The position numbers and the translations under genes were made by a program. A DNA stretch of 64,000 bases from Alphaproteobacteria bacterium (GTDB lineage: Bacteria > Pseudomonadota > Alphaproteobacteria > GCA-2731375), in NCBI GenBank assembly GCA_965232515.1, contig CBDDPY010000002.1, positions 5,984,001 to 6,048,000 on the forward strand, written 5' to 3'. Of this stretch, positions 8,734 through 18,959 are shown in pieces; positions within the stretch are counted from its first letter, which is position 1, and every line of letters begins with the position of its first letter. The notes beneath the pieces were generated by a model, which searched no databases, was not told where the DNA came from, and saw only the letters and a list, made by a program, of their open reading frames with translations.

Positions 8734-10680
8734 ATGTCAGGCCTGCAATTTCGCTTCTTCGGCGGATTTGAGATTCTGGACGGCCGCGGCCAGGCGGTCG
8801 CCGTCAAGCCACGCAAGGCGCGCGCGCTGCTCGCCTATCTGGCGTTGCACGCCGGCGAGGCGCAGTCGCGCGACAAGCTCGGGGCGCTGCTCTGGGCCGA
8901 CAGCGCCAAGACCCAGGCCCGGTCCAGCCTGCGGCAGGCGCTGGCCAAGATCCGTTCGGCGATGCCGGAGGATGCTGTCGCCCTGCTGAACGTCGACAAC
9001 GAGACGGTTGCGCTGGCGGCCGATGGGCTGTGCGTCGATGCCGTCGAGTTCCGACGTCTGATCGCCGACGGCGCGCCGGACGCGTTGATCGAGGCAGTGG
9101 CACTCTATCGCGGCGACCTGCTGGAGGGCTTCGACGCCCGGGCGCCCGAATTCGACGACTGGCTGCGCGCCGAGGCCGAGGGGCTGCGGGGGCAGGCGTT
9201 GTCGGCGTTGTCGGCGCTGTTGAGCTGCGAGTCAGCGCAGGCCGTGGGCGCGCAGGCCAACCATCTCGTCAGCCGGCTGTTGGCGCTGGACCCGTTGAAC
9301 GAGACGGCGCACCGGGCGCTGATGCGGCTCTACGCGCGCCAGGGACGCCATGCCGCGGCGATCGAACAATACCGGCTGTGCCAGGATCACCTGCGGCGGC
9401 AGCTCGATGTGGCGCCGGAGGCCGAGACCCAGGCGCTCCATCGCGAGATCGTGGCGCAGCGGACATCACCCGCCGCCGAGGCCATGCCGGCGCCGGCCGT
9501 CGATGCCGGCAAGCCGTCCATCGCCGTGCTGCCCTTCGTCAATCTCGGCCACGATCCAGCGCAGGACATGGTCGCCGACGGCATGACCGAGGATCTGATC
9601 GGGCTGCTGTCAATGGTGAAGCCGTTATTCGTCATCGCGCGCAACTCGACGTGGTCCTACCGGCAGCGGACGACCGACGTGCGCGAGATCGGCCGCGACC
9701 TTGATGTGCGCTACGTGCTGGACGGCACTGTGCGCGCGGCCGGCGGCCGCATCCGCATCACCGCGCAGCTGATCGACTCGGGCACGGCGCAGCAGATCTG
9801 GGCCGAGCGCTATGATCGCGAGCTGTCGGACATTTTCGATCTGCAAGACGAGGTGGCGCAGGGCATCGTCGGCGCGCTGCAGCCGCATCTGCTGCTGGCG
9901 GAAGCGGCATTCGCGGATCGCAAGCGGCCGGCCGATCTCGACGCCTGGGGCTGCATCGCCAAAGCGACGACGAAACTTCGCGACTACAGCCGCGCCGCCA
10001 TCGACGCGGCCGAGCCCTTGGCTCGACAGGCGATCGAGATCGATCCCGATTTCGCGGCGGCGCACGGCATCCTGGGCAATATCCTGGCCTGGCGCAGCTA
10101 TAACGGCTTCGCCGACGACATCTTCGGCTGCGCAAAGACGGCGCTGGCGCATATCGACCGGGCGCTGGCGCTGGACCGGAGCGATCCGATGGTCCTGAAC
10201 GCGGCCGGCACCAGCTGCGTGCTGCTGGGCCGGTTTCTGCAGGCTCGGCCGTTGTTGCAGCGGGCCTACGAGCTCAATCCGAACGCCGCCATGACCTGCA
10301 CGTCGCTCGGCTGGGTGCTCGCGATCACCGGCCGCGCCGAGGACGGCCTGGCGCTGGTCGAGCGCGCCATGCGGCTAAGCCCGAAGGATCCAAACGCCTA
10401 TCTCTTTCATGCGGACCGGGCGAGCTGCCTTTATTTCGCCGAGCGTTTCGACGCGGCGATAGACGCGGCGGAGATGGCCTTGCGGCTGCACTCCGACTAC
10501 AGCGCCCCGCGATTGATCCTGGTGGCGACGCTGGTGCGGCTCGACCGGCTGGCGGAGGCGCGCCGGGAAGCCGAGAAGCTGCGCACGGTCGCGCCGACGG
10601 CGATGGAGAACGTGTTCCGCGCCCGCACCGACGGCACGGTCTGGCCGTTTCTGACGGAGGCAATACGGGTGGCGAGCTAG
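8734..10680 (+). CDS. SARP-type regulator (wHTH + BTAD) with TolB-like and TPR domains
   Basis: SRDKLGALLW, ALYRGDLLEG, DPLNETAHRALM and KPSIAVLPF motifs, followed by TPR-like repeats. Confidence 0.88.
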   Translation: MSGLQFRFFGGFEILDGRGQAVAVKPRKARALLAYLALHAGEAQSRDKLGALLWADSAKTQARSSLRQALAKIRSAMPEDAVALLNVDNETVALAADGLCVDAVEFRRLIADGAPDALIEAVALYRGDLLEGFDARAPEFDDWLRAEAEGLRGQALSALSALLSCESAQAVGAQANHLVSRLLALDPLNETAHRALMRLYARQGRHAAAIEQYRLCQDHLRRQLDVAPEAETQALHREIVAQRTSPAAEAMPAPAVDAGKPSIAVLPFVNLGHDPAQDMVADGMTEDLIGLLSMVKPLFVIARNSTWSYRQRTTDVREIGRDLDVRYVLDGTVRAAGGRIRITAQLIDSGTAQQIWAERYDRELSDIFDLQDEVAQGIVGALQPHLLLAEAAFADRKRPADLDAWGCIAKATTKLRDYSRAAIDAAEPLARQAIEIDPDFAAAHGILGNILAWRSYNGFADDIFGCAKTALAHIDRALALDRSDPMVLNAAGTSCVLLGRFLQARPLLQRAYELNPNAAMTCTSLGWVLAITGRAEDGLALVERAMRLSPKDPNAYLFHADRASCLYFAERFDAAIDAAEMALRLHSDYSAPRLILVATLVRLDRLAEARREAEKLRTVAPTAMENVFRARTDGTVWPFLTEAIRVAS

Positions 10681-10712
10681 GTTTGGAATGGCGGTGAGGC
10701 GTCGCAGCCGCT

Positions 10713-10837
10713 GCCCTCACCCCAACCCTCTCCCGCAAGCGGGAGAGGGGGCCGCGACCGCTGCGGTTTGTAGCCCCTCTCCCGCTTGCGGGAGAGGGAG
10801 GCGCCCAATCAGCGTTAGCTGGTGGGGGGGTGAGGGC
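10713..10837. repeat. REP-like palindromic intergenic element, copy B
   Basis: GCCCTCACCCCAACCCTCTCCCGCAAGCGGGAGAGGG...CCCTCTCCCGCTTGCGGGAGAGGG...GGGTGAGGGC between convergent genes. Confidence 0.9.
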
Positions 10838-12480
10838 TAACGGCCGAAGCATTTCGCCTCTTCGCGCAGCTTGAATTTCTGGATCTTGCCGCTGGGGGTG
10901 CGGGGGAGTTCGGTGCGGAGCTCCAGGCGTTCGGGCAGGTAGGCCTTGGCGGTGCCCTGGTCGAGCAGGAATTGGGCGAGGTCGGGCAGGGTGACGTCCG
11001 TGCCGGGCTTCGGGACCAGGAAGGCGCAGGCGCGTTCGCCCAGGCGCTGATCGGGCATGCCGACGATGGCGACCTCGGCGACGGCCGGGTGCTTGTAGAG
11101 CAGGTCTTCGATCTCGATCACCGGCACGTTCTCGCCGCCGCGCAGGACGATGTCCTTGGCGCGGCCGGTGATGCGGATGAAGCCGTCTTCGTCCATGCGG
11201 GCGCGGTCGCCGGTGTCGAACCAGCCGTTTTTGTCCATGCCGTAGAGCTCGGGCTTCTTCAGGTAGCCGACGAACATGGAGGTCGATTTCGCTTTTAGAA
11301 ATCCTTCGGTGTTCGGCGGCACGGGCTTGTTGTCGGCGTCGACGACGACGACCTCGGCGCAGGATACGGCGCGGCCGTCCGTGGTGGACGAGCGTTCGGC
11401 CGGATCGTCGGGATAGCAGGTGGTGAGCAGGCCGTTCTCGCTCATGCCCCAGCCGGAGAGCACACCGATTCCGGCCTCGTTGCGCGCGCGCACCACGAGC
11501 GAACTCGGGATCGGCGCGCCGGCGGAGACGAAGCAGCGCAGGGATGTCAGATCGAACTCGGCGCGGCCCGGCAGATCGACCAGATCGGCCAGGAACGGCG
11601 TTGCCGCCAGCACGAAGCTGGCGCCGTGTCGCTGGACGATCTCGGCGCCTTTGCGCGGCTCCCACCGGTCCTGGATGACGGCGCTTGCGCGAAGCGTGAT
11701 CGGCAGCCAGATGCTGTGCAGATAGCCGGTCTGGTGCGCCTGGGGCGAGGGCATCCAGACCACATCGTCGGCGCCAAGGCCCAGCGTGCGGCAGAGCGGA
11801 CCGAGGATCGAGATCAGCGTGTTGTGGGTGTGCATCACGCCCTTGGGCTCGCCCGTCGTGCCCGAGGTGTAGAGCAGCTGGGCCACGTCGTTCGGGTTCG
11901 GGCGGCTGGCGGCGAGCCGCGCGTCGGCGTCAGGCGCCACCTCACGCTCCTGCTCGAGGAAGACCGGCTCGAAGGCCGCCTCACCGCTGCCGCCGATATG
12001 GAAGACGTGTTCCAGCGCCGGCAGGTCGGGGCGAAGGCCGTCGATCAGGCCCGTGTAATCGAAGCCGCGGAAGACGGTCGGTGCGATCAACAGCCTGGCT
12101 TCCGCGAAGCCCAGCATGTAGCGCAGCTCGCGCTCGCGGAAAATCGGCATCAGCGGATTGGTGATGGCGCCGATGCGGATGCAGGCGAGGGTGATGACGC
12201 CGAACTGCCACCAGTTCGGCAGCTGGTAGGCGACGATGTCGCCGGGTCGGATGCCGAGGTCGAGCAGGCCGAGCGCGACGCGGCGCGACAGCCGGTCGAG
12301 ATCGGCATAGGTGAGCGTGGTCGAGGTCTCGGTCTCGCCGTTGTAGTCCGTGACCGCCGGCTTGTCGGGCACCGCCGCCGCGGCGTCATCGAGATAATCG
12401 GTGATCAGCCGGTCGCGCCAAGCGCCGCTTTCGCGCATCGCGGCGACGCGGCTCTCGGGCAGGATCGCTTGCAGGTCCAT
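10837..12480 (-). CDS. Acyl-CoA ligase, cyclohexanecarboxylate-CoA ligase (AliA)-like
   Basis: YTSGTTGEPKGVMHTHNT, GWGMSE, DTGD and PSGKIQK motifs; sits next to a BadH-like SDR. Confidence 0.8.
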   Translation of the reverse strand: MDLQAILPESRVAAMRESGAWRDRLITDYLDDAAAAVPDKPAVTDYNGETETSTTLTYADLDRLSRRVALGLLDLGIRPGDIVAYQLPNWWQFGVITLACIRIGAITNPLMPIFRERELRYMLGFAEARLLIAPTVFRGFDYTGLIDGLRPDLPALEHVFHIGGSGEAAFEPVFLEQEREVAPDADARLAASRPNPNDVAQLLYTSGTTGEPKGVMHTHNTLISILGPLCRTLGLGADDVVWMPSPQAHQTGYLHSIWLPITLRASAVIQDRWEPRKGAEIVQRHGASFVLAATPFLADLVDLPGRAEFDLTSLRCFVSAGAPIPSSLVVRARNEAGIGVLSGWGMSENGLLTTCYPDDPAERSSTTDGRAVSCAEVVVVDADNKPVPPNTEGFLKAKSTSMFVGYLKKPELYGMDKNGWFDTGDRARMDEDGFIRITGRAKDIVLRGGENVPVIEIEDLLYKHPAVAEVAIVGMPDQRLGERACAFLVPKPGTDVTLPDLAQFLLDQGTAKAYLPERLELRTELPRTPSGKIQKFKLREEAKCFGR

Positions 12481-12496
12481 GACGGACCGCGCCGGT

Positions 12497-13246
12497 CTAG
12501 TCGGCCATGGTCAGGCCGCCGCTGACGCTCAACACCTGGCCGGTGACATACGTGGACATGTCGCTGGCGAAGAACAGGATCGCGTCCGCGATCTCGTCCG
12601 GTTGGCCGAACCGGCGGAACGGGATCGCCCGCTCCAGCGCCTCCTGCAGGCGCTCGGGCTGGGAACGCAGCAGCGGCGTATCGGTCGGGCCCGGGCAGAC
12701 CACGTTGACGTTGATCTTGAAGCGCGCCATCTCGCGGGCGAGCGACTTGGAGAAGGCGATGATGCCGCCCTTGGCGCCGGCATAGACGGTCTCGCCGGAG
12801 CTGCCGACGCGGCCGGCGTCGCTGGAAACGCTGACGATCTTGCCGCCCTGAGCCTCGATCATGCCGGGCAGGAAGGCGCGGGTGAAGCGGATCGGTCCAT
12901 GCAGATTGATATCGATCACCTTGTCCATGAATTCGTCGGTGTTGTCCATGAACGGCTCGCCGCGGTCCCAGCCGGCGACGTTGGCGACGATGTCGGCGTG
13001 GCCGACCTGGCCCAGCACGTTCTGGGCGAAGGCGGCGATTGAGGCGCGGTCGGCGAGGTCGAGGGGGATGAATTCGAGACGGCCGCTGGCGCCGTCCGCC
13101 ATGGCGACGGTCTGGGCCGCCTGCTCGGCATTGACGTCGCCGAAGAACACACGCGCGCCGGCGCGGGCGAACTTCAGCACGGTGGCCCGGCCGATGCCGG
13201 AGGCGCCACCGGTGGCGACCACGGTCTTGCCGTCGAAGTCGATCAT
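12497..13246 (-). CDS. SDR oxidoreductase, 2-hydroxycyclohexanecarboxyl-CoA dehydrogenase (BadH)-like
   Basis: TGGASGIG, AGWD, SDAGRVGSSGETVYAGAKGG, CPGPTDT and SVSGGLTM are typical of the BadH subfamily. Confidence 0.82.
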   Translation of the reverse strand: MIDFDGKTVVATGGASGIGRATVLKFARAGARVFFGDVNAEQAAQTVAMADGASGRLEFIPLDLADRASIAAFAQNVLGQVGHADIVANVAGWDRGEPFMDNTDEFMDKVIDINLHGPIRFTRAFLPGMIEAQGGKIVSVSSDAGRVGSSGETVYAGAKGGIIAFSKSLAREMARFKINVNVVCPGPTDTPLLRSQPERLQEALERAIPFRRFGQPDEIADAILFFASDMSTYVTGQVLSVSGGLTMAD

Positions 13247-13262
13247 GTTTTCCTCCCTGACA

Positions 13263-13922
13263 TCATGTTGTTTCAGCGAACGCCTGTCGTTGCAGCCGGC
13301 GTCGGCCGCGCGGCGTCAACACGCTATCGAGCAGCAGGTCGAGGCCGTCGTCGAGGTATTGTTCGAGAGTCATCAGATCGGCAAAGCGCCAGCGCTTCAA
13401 CGCCCAGCTGTGCGCGAACATCACGATCTGATAGGTGAAGAGCTCGACATTGATCTCGCGGATCAGGCCGGCCGCCATGCAATCACGGATGCAGGCGGCG
13501 ATCAGTTCGTTGGTCTCGAGTTCCTTGGCCTTGATCAGCTCGCGATGCTCGGGGCGAAGCGACTTGGTCTCGCGGTAGGCGAGCACCGTGGCGTCGATAT
13601 TCCGGTCTATGACCTGGCAGTAGGCCGTCGCCGCGGCGCGAAAGCGCAGCATCGGATCCTCGACGTCGCGCAGCGCCGCCGGAATCGCGCGCAGGTAGCC
13701 GTTCAGGACCTCGTCCAGCGCCAGCAGCAGCACGTCCTCCTTGTCGCGCACGTATTGATAGATCAAGCCGATGCTGACATCGGCGAGCGAGGCGATATCG
13801 CGGATGGTCGTGCGGTGATAGCCGTAGCGTCCGAACAGCTCGATCGCCGCGGCGACGATCTGGGCCCGGCGTTTTTCGATCAGATGCGGATCATCGACCC
13901 GGCTTTGTACGCTTGCGACCAT
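13263..13922 (-). CDS. TetR/AcrR family transcriptional regulator
   Basis: HTH GYHRTTIRDIA...GLIYQYVRDKED; start could be GTG 13958. Confidence 0.9.
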   Translation of the reverse strand: MVASVQSRVDDPHLIEKRRAQIVAAAIELFGRYGYHRTTIRDIASLADVSIGLIYQYVRDKEDVLLLALDEVLNGYLRAIPAALRDVEDPMLRFRAAATAYCQVIDRNIDATVLAYRETKSLRPEHRELIKAKELETNELIAACIRDCMAAGLIREINVELFTYQIVMFAHSWALKRWRFADLMTLEQYLDDGLDLLLDSVLTPRGRRRLQRQAFAETT

Positions 13923-13965
13923 GCCTGCCTGTTGCTTGACTCGACTGCCGTTTTTCACTGCAATG

Positions 13966-13983
13966 TGAATGAATGTTCGTTCA
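13966..13983. promoter_or_regulatory. Candidate TetR operator TGAATGAA-TG-TTCGTTCA
   Basis: 8-bp inverted repeat with one mismatch between the divergent tetR and crotonase genes. Confidence 0.65.
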
Positions 13984-14084
13984 GTGAAGTTTCCCTTGCC
14001 GGCGACGCGGGCGTCAAGGCCGCTGCGTCATTGCGAGGACGCTGCTGAACGAGGCGATGGAAATTTCTCAGAGGCAGAGGCGCA

Positions 14085-14933
14085 ATGGGCTTTTCGGCGA
14101 ACCGCCAGAATATCGACTTCACCACCTACAAGCCGGACAGCTTTCTCTGGTCGTACGAGGACCGGGTGGCGACGATCACGCTGAACCGGCCGGAGCGCAA
14201 GAACCCGATCACGTTCGAATCCTACGCCGAGATGCGCGACACCTTCCGGGCGCTGCAATATGCCGACGAGGTGAAGGCGGTAGTGGTGACGGGCGCCGGC
14301 GGCAACTTCTGCTCGGGCGGCGATGTGCACGAGATCATCGGGCCGCTGGTCGAGCTGAAGAACGACGGCCGCATGGACAAGCTGCTGGAATTCACCCAGA
14401 TGACCGGCGACCTGATCAAGGCCATGCGGGCCTGCCCGCAGCCGATCGTCGCTTCCATCGACGGCATCTGCGCCGGCGCCGGGGCTTGCATCGCCATGGC
14501 GAGCGACATGCGCCTGGGCACGGCGGCCAGCAAGGTGGCGTTCCTGTTCGTCCGCGTCGGCCTCTGCGGTGCCGACATGGGCGCCTGCAACATGCTGCCG
14601 CGGATCATCGGCGCCGGCCGGGCCGCCGAGATCCTCTATACCGGCCGCAGCATGTCGGGCGAGGAGGCCGAGCGTTGGGGCTTCTATAACCGGATCTGCG
14701 AACCGGACGAGGTGTTGGCCGAGGCGCAGAAGCTGGCGCACAGCCTGGCCTACGGGCCGACCTTCGCGCACGGCATGACCAAGAAGGCGATTCACCAGGA
14801 ATGGGCCATGACGGTCGACGAAGCGATCGATTTCGAGGCCGAGATCCAGGCGATCTGCATGCAGACCGAGGATTACGCCCGGGCCTACAACGCCTTCGTC
14901 GCCAAGCAGCGGCCGGTGTTCGAGGGGAATTGA
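14085..14933 (+). CDS. Enoyl-CoA hydratase family protein
   Basis: [23 protein letters not shown] and GADMGAC motifs. Confidence 0.9.
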   Translation: MGFSANRQNIDFTTYKPDSFLWSYEDRVATITLNRPERKNPITFESYAEMRDTFRALQYADEVKAVVVTGAGGNFCSGGDVHEIIGPLVELKNDGRMDKLLEFTQMTGDLIKAMRACPQPIVASIDGICAGAGACIAMASDMRLGTAASKVAFLFVRVGLCGADMGACNMLPRIIGAGRAAEILYTGRSMSGEEAERWGFYNRICEPDEVLAEAQKLAHSLAYGPTFAHGMTKKAIHQEWAMTVDEAIDFEAEIQAICMQTEDYARAYNAFVAKQRPVFEGN

Positions 14934-15073
14934 GCCCGGCCCGGTAACATGTGAAGCTATCCGACGAATCTTCCTGAGGAGAAATGTGTACGCGTCCGGG
15001 TAACGAGATCCACACCGGACGAATAATCAAAACCAGGCATCGAAATCGATGACCACAGTGGGAGGAGGCGATA

Positions 15074-16249
15074 ATGAAACGTATTGTGACGTCCTTTGCG
15101 GCGGCCGGGCTGACGCTCGCCGCCGGTTACGGCGCCGCCAGCGCCGATGAGATCAAGATCGGTGTGCTGTATCCGACATCCGGCGGCGGCGCCATCTACG
15201 GCGGACCGGCCATGCAGGGCCACGACCTGGCGGTCGAGGAGATCAACGCGGCCGGTGGCGCCAGCGGCGCCAAACTGGTCACGGTGGCTCGCGACAGCAA
15301 GCTGAACCCGGCCGCGGCGGCCGCGGCGGCGAAGGAGCTGATCACCAAGGAGGGCGTCAACGTTCTGATCGGCGGACTGGCCTCCTCGGTCGGCCTGGCG
15401 ATTTCGGAAGTGGCGCGGCAGGAAAAGGTCATCTACATCGCGACCATTCCGAAGAGCATCAAGATCACGCGCGAGAAGCTGCACCCCTATGTTTTCCGCA
15501 CCGCGTCCAACACCGATTTCGAAGGCGACGCGCTGGCGCAGATGGTGAAACAGGTCGACGGCAAGAAGATCTGCGACGTTCAGCTCGACTACGCCTACGG
15601 CCACGATCTGGCCGACGGCTTCATCAAGGCGTTGCCGTCGCACGCGCCGGACGCCGAGATCGTGCTGACGTTGCGGCCGAAGCTGGGCGCCACCGACTTC
15701 AACGCCTATGTCACGCAGATCATGGGCTCGGGCTGCGACACGGTCGTCAGCGGCCTGTGGGGCAACCACTTCGTCAACCTGGCGAAGCAGGGCGCGCCGT
15801 TCGGCCTGTTCAACCAGGTCACCTACATCTCGGGTGGCGAGATCGCCAGCCACGAGATCGCCGGCAAGATGGGCGCCGATTATCCGGATAACGTGGTCAG
15901 CAACACCTACGAGCTCTGGTACCACTCGCCGACGGACGCGCATAAGAAGTTCCAGGCGCGCCTGGCCGAGAAGGCCGGCACCGAGGAAACGGCGATGTGG
16001 CCGATGCTGGCCTATAACGGCGTCATGTTCTACAAGGCCGCGGTCGAGAAGGCCGGCAGCACCGACGCCGATAAGGTCGTCGAGGCGCTGAGAGGCCTGA
16101 CCATCGATACGCCCGTCGGTCCGCTGACCATCAACGCCAAGGACCACCAGGCCAATACAGGTCAGTTCTGGGGCCCGATGAAGAAGCAGGCGGGTCGCAA
16201 ATACCGCATGATGGATCCGGTCACCTATATCCCGCCGCCCGGCGAGTGA
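15074..16249 (+). CDS. Liv-type ABC transporter substrate-binding protein
   Basis: Signal peptide; IKIGVL, AVEEINAAGG and DYAYG motifs; GGAGG RBS. Confidence 0.9.
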   Translation: MKRIVTSFAAAGLTLAAGYGAASADEIKIGVLYPTSGGGAIYGGPAMQGHDLAVEEINAAGGASGAKLVTVARDSKLNPAAAAAAAKELITKEGVNVLIGGLASSVGLAISEVARQEKVIYIATIPKSIKITREKLHPYVFRTASNTDFEGDALAQMVKQVDGKKICDVQLDYAYGHDLADGFIKALPSHAPDAEIVLTLRPKLGATDFNAYVTQIMGSGCDTVVSGLWGNHFVNLAKQGAPFGLFNQVTYISGGEIASHEIAGKMGADYPDNVVSNTYELWYHSPTDAHKKFQARLAEKAGTEETAMWPMLAYNGVMFYKAAVEKAGSTDADKVVEALRGLTIDTPVGPLTINAKDHQANTGQFWGPMKKQAGRKYRMMDPVTYIPPPGE

Positions 16250-16279
16250 CCGGCGTTTTGTCCGACGTTTAGCGGTTCG

Positions 16280-16315
16280 CCGCGCTCCCCGGCCCACGCG
16301 GCCGGCGGGGCGCGG
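16280..16315 (+). other. Intercistronic GC-rich stem-loop after the substrate-binding protein gene
   Basis: Imperfect inverted repeat CCGCGC...CGGCC/GGCCG...GCGCGG without a U-tract. Confidence 0.45.
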
Positions 16316-16341
16316 TCCGCGCCCCTGCTGCGGATCATTCC

Positions 16342-17265
16342 ATGAGTATGCTCACCAACCCCACGATCGTGTTCCTGCAGTTCATGAACTCGATCTCGCT
16401 GGGGATGAACCTGTTCATCATCGCCGCCGGCCTGACGCTGATTTTCGGCGTGCTGCGGGTGATCAACTTCGCCCACGGCGTTTTCTTCATGTTCGGCGCC
16501 TATGTCTGCTATTCGGTCGTCAGCCGCATGGCCGAAACGGCGGGCGCGTTCTGGCTCGGCGTGATTGCCGCCGGCGCGGCCCTGGCGGTGATCGCCTTCG
16601 TCATCGAGCGCGGGCTGCTGCATTACCTTTACGATAAAGAGCATCTGATGCAGCTCTTGTTCACCTTCGCCATCGTGCTGATCATGGGCGATCTGGCAAA
16701 GATGATCTGGGGCACCGATCAGTACAGCGTGCCGAAGCCGGAGGGCCTGAAAGGCGCGGTCGATTTCAGCTTCGGCGCCGATCTGGCCATGCCGCTGCTG
16801 TATCCGGCCTATCCCCTGATGCTGTGCGTGCTGGGGCCGGTGGTGGCGATCGGCATGTGGCTGGTGCTGTCGAAGACCCGCTGGGGCCGGGTGATCCGCG
16901 CCGCGACCCAGGATCGGGAAATGCTGGCGGCGCTGGGCATGAACGTGCCGCTGGTCTACACCGCCGTGTTCGTCGCCGGCTCGGCGCTGGCCGGCATCGG
17001 CGGCGCGCTCGCCGCGCCCCGTGTCGCGGTGTCGCCCGGCATGGACGTCACCATCATCGTCGAGTGTTTCATCATCGTCATCATCGGCGGGCTTGGCAGC
17101 CTCTGGGGCAGCTTCCTGGGCGCGCTGATTCTGGGCTTCGTCAACAGCTTCGGCATCATGATCTTCCCGAACTGGGAGCTGGTGCTGAGCTACGTGCTGA
17201 TGCTGCTGGTGCTGCTCTGGCGGCCCTGGGGCCTGTTCGGCCAGCCGGAAGCGGACGGCCACTGA
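16342..17265 (+). CDS. Liv-type ABC permease (LivH-like)
   Basis: GLTLIFGVLRVINFAHG and GGLGSLWG motifs; multiple TM segments. Confidence 0.92.
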   Translation: MSMLTNPTIVFLQFMNSISLGMNLFIIAAGLTLIFGVLRVINFAHGVFFMFGAYVCYSVVSRMAETAGAFWLGVIAAGAALAVIAFVIERGLLHYLYDKEHLMQLLFTFAIVLIMGDLAKMIWGTDQYSVPKPEGLKGAVDFSFGADLAMPLLYPAYPLMLCVLGPVVAIGMWLVLSKTRWGRVIRAATQDREMLAALGMNVPLVYTAVFVAGSALAGIGGALAAPRVAVSPGMDVTIIVECFIIVIIGGLGSLWGSFLGALILGFVNSFGIMIFPNWELVLSYVLMLLVLLWRPWGLFGQPEADGH

Positions 17266-18200
17266 TGGTGATGCCCCGCAGCACGGCTGTTGTCGTCGTC
17301 CTCGTCCTCGCCGGCCTGCTCCTGGTGCCGGTGCTGGGCTCGAACTACCTCGTCGATCTCTCGACCGAGATCCTGATCTACATGCTGTTCGCGCTGAGCC
17401 TGAACGTGCTGATCGGCTATTCCGGCAACGTCTCGTTCGGGCACGCGGCATACTTCGCCATCGGCGGTTATACCTGCGCCATCCTGCTGACGACCTATGA
17501 ATGGCCGCTGCTGCTGGCGTTCCCGGCGGCGGTGCTGTTGAGCGGTCTCGCCGCGGCGTTCGTGGGCTATTTCTGCGTCAAGCTGACCGATATCTATTTC
17601 GCCATGCTGACGCTGGCGTTCGCCATGTTCGTCTGGGCCGTCGCCTTCAAGTGGCGCGATATGACGGGCGGCGACGACGGTTTCGTCGGCGTCACCGTGC
17701 CGGCGCTGATCGAGGGCCGGGTGCCGTACTTCTATTTCACGCTGGTCGTCGTCAGCATATCGATCGCGCTGTTGTGGGTGATCTGCCATTCCGCCTTCGG
17801 CCGCACGCTGGTGGCGGTGCGCGAGAACCGCACGCGGGCCGGCTTCGTCGGCGTCAACACGCGGGCCATGCGGCATGTGGCCTTCGTGGTCGCCGGCACG
17901 TTCGCCGGAATCGCCGGCGCGCTGCTGGCCATGTACAACCACGGCATGTACGTGGAATCGGCCTTCTGGACGGAATCGGCGCAGGTCCTGATCATGACGC
18001 TCTTGGGCGGCATGTATTCGTTCTTCGGCCCGGCCATGGGCGCGGCGCTGCTGTATCTCCTGAACGTGTTCACCATTCAGTACACCGAATACTGGCCGAC
18101 GGTGCAGGGCGTGATCCTGCTGATCATCCTGCTGTTCGTGCCGGAGGGCGTGGTCGGCCTGGGTCAGAAGATCCGGCAGCAGCTGGCGAAGGCGGGCTGA
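17265..18200 (+). CDS. Liv-type ABC permease (LivM-like)
   Basis: SFGHAAYF, YFAMLTLAF and TGGDDG motifs; TGATG overlap with the previous stop. Confidence 0.92.
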   Translation: MVMPRSTAVVVVLVLAGLLLVPVLGSNYLVDLSTEILIYMLFALSLNVLIGYSGNVSFGHAAYFAIGGYTCAILLTTYEWPLLLAFPAAVLLSGLAAAFVGYFCVKLTDIYFAMLTLAFAMFVWAVAFKWRDMTGGDDGFVGVTVPALIEGRVPYFYFTLVVVSISIALLWVICHSAFGRTLVAVRENRTRAGFVGVNTRAMRHVAFVVAGTFAGIAGALLAMYNHGMYVESAFWTESAQVLIMTLLGGMYSFFGPAMGAALLYLLNVFTIQYTEYWPTVQGVILLIILLFVPEGVVGLGQKIRQQLAKAG

Positions 18201-18203
18201 GCC

Positions 18204-18959
18204 ATGGCGGTGCTTGAGATCGACACGGTTCACAAGAACTTCGGCGGCTTCGTCGCCATCAACGACGTGAGCTTCGAGCTGGCGGAGGGCGAGACCCACG
18301 CCATCATCGGCCCGAACGGCGCCGGCAAGACGACGTTTTTCAATCTCATTACCGGCCACCTGCAGCCGGATCACGGCAGCGTCACGTTCGACGGTCGGGC
18401 GATCACCGGCATGGCGCCGCACAAGATCGTCAAGCTGGGCCTGGCGCGCTCGTTCCAGCGCATCAACATCTATCCGCGCATGAGCGTGTTCGAGAACGTG
18501 CAGGTCGCGCTGATCGCCCGCGACGCCATGCACTTCAAGCTGTTCACGCTGGGCGCGGCGCTGAACCGGGACGAGACCTCGGAGCTGCTGGCATTGGTCG
18601 GCCTTGGCGACGAGGCCAACGAAGTGGCCGGCGAGCTCGCCTACGGCAAACAGAAGCAGCTGGAGCTGGCGATCGCGCTGGCGGCCAATCCGAAGGTGCT
18701 GTTGCTGGACGAGCCGACGGCGGGCATGTCGCCGCAGGAAACGACGGAGTCGATCCGGCTGATCGAGCAGATCACCGAGGCGCGCGGCCTGACGCTGCTG
18801 TTTACCGAGCACGACATGGGCGTGGTGTTCGGTATCGCCGACCGGATCTCGGTGCTGCATCACGGCGTGATCATCGCGTCGGGCAAGCCGGACGAGGTGC
18901 GCAACGACGAGGAAGTCCGGCGGGTTTATCTGGGCGGGTCGAGCCATGCCGCAGCTTGA
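18204..18959 (+). CDS. ABC ATP-binding protein (LivG-like)
   Basis: GPNGAGKTT, LLLDEPTAG and VRRVYLG motifs. Confidence 0.93.
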   Translation: MAVLEIDTVHKNFGGFVAINDVSFELAEGETHAIIGPNGAGKTTFFNLITGHLQPDHGSVTFDGRAITGMAPHKIVKLGLARSFQRINIYPRMSVFENVQVALIARDAMHFKLFTLGAALNRDETSELLALVGLGDEANEVAGELAYGKQKQLELAIALAANPKVLLLDEPTAGMSPQETTESIRLIEQITEARGLTLLFTEHDMGVVFGIADRISVLHHGVIIASGKPDEVRNDEEVRRVYLGGSSHAAA

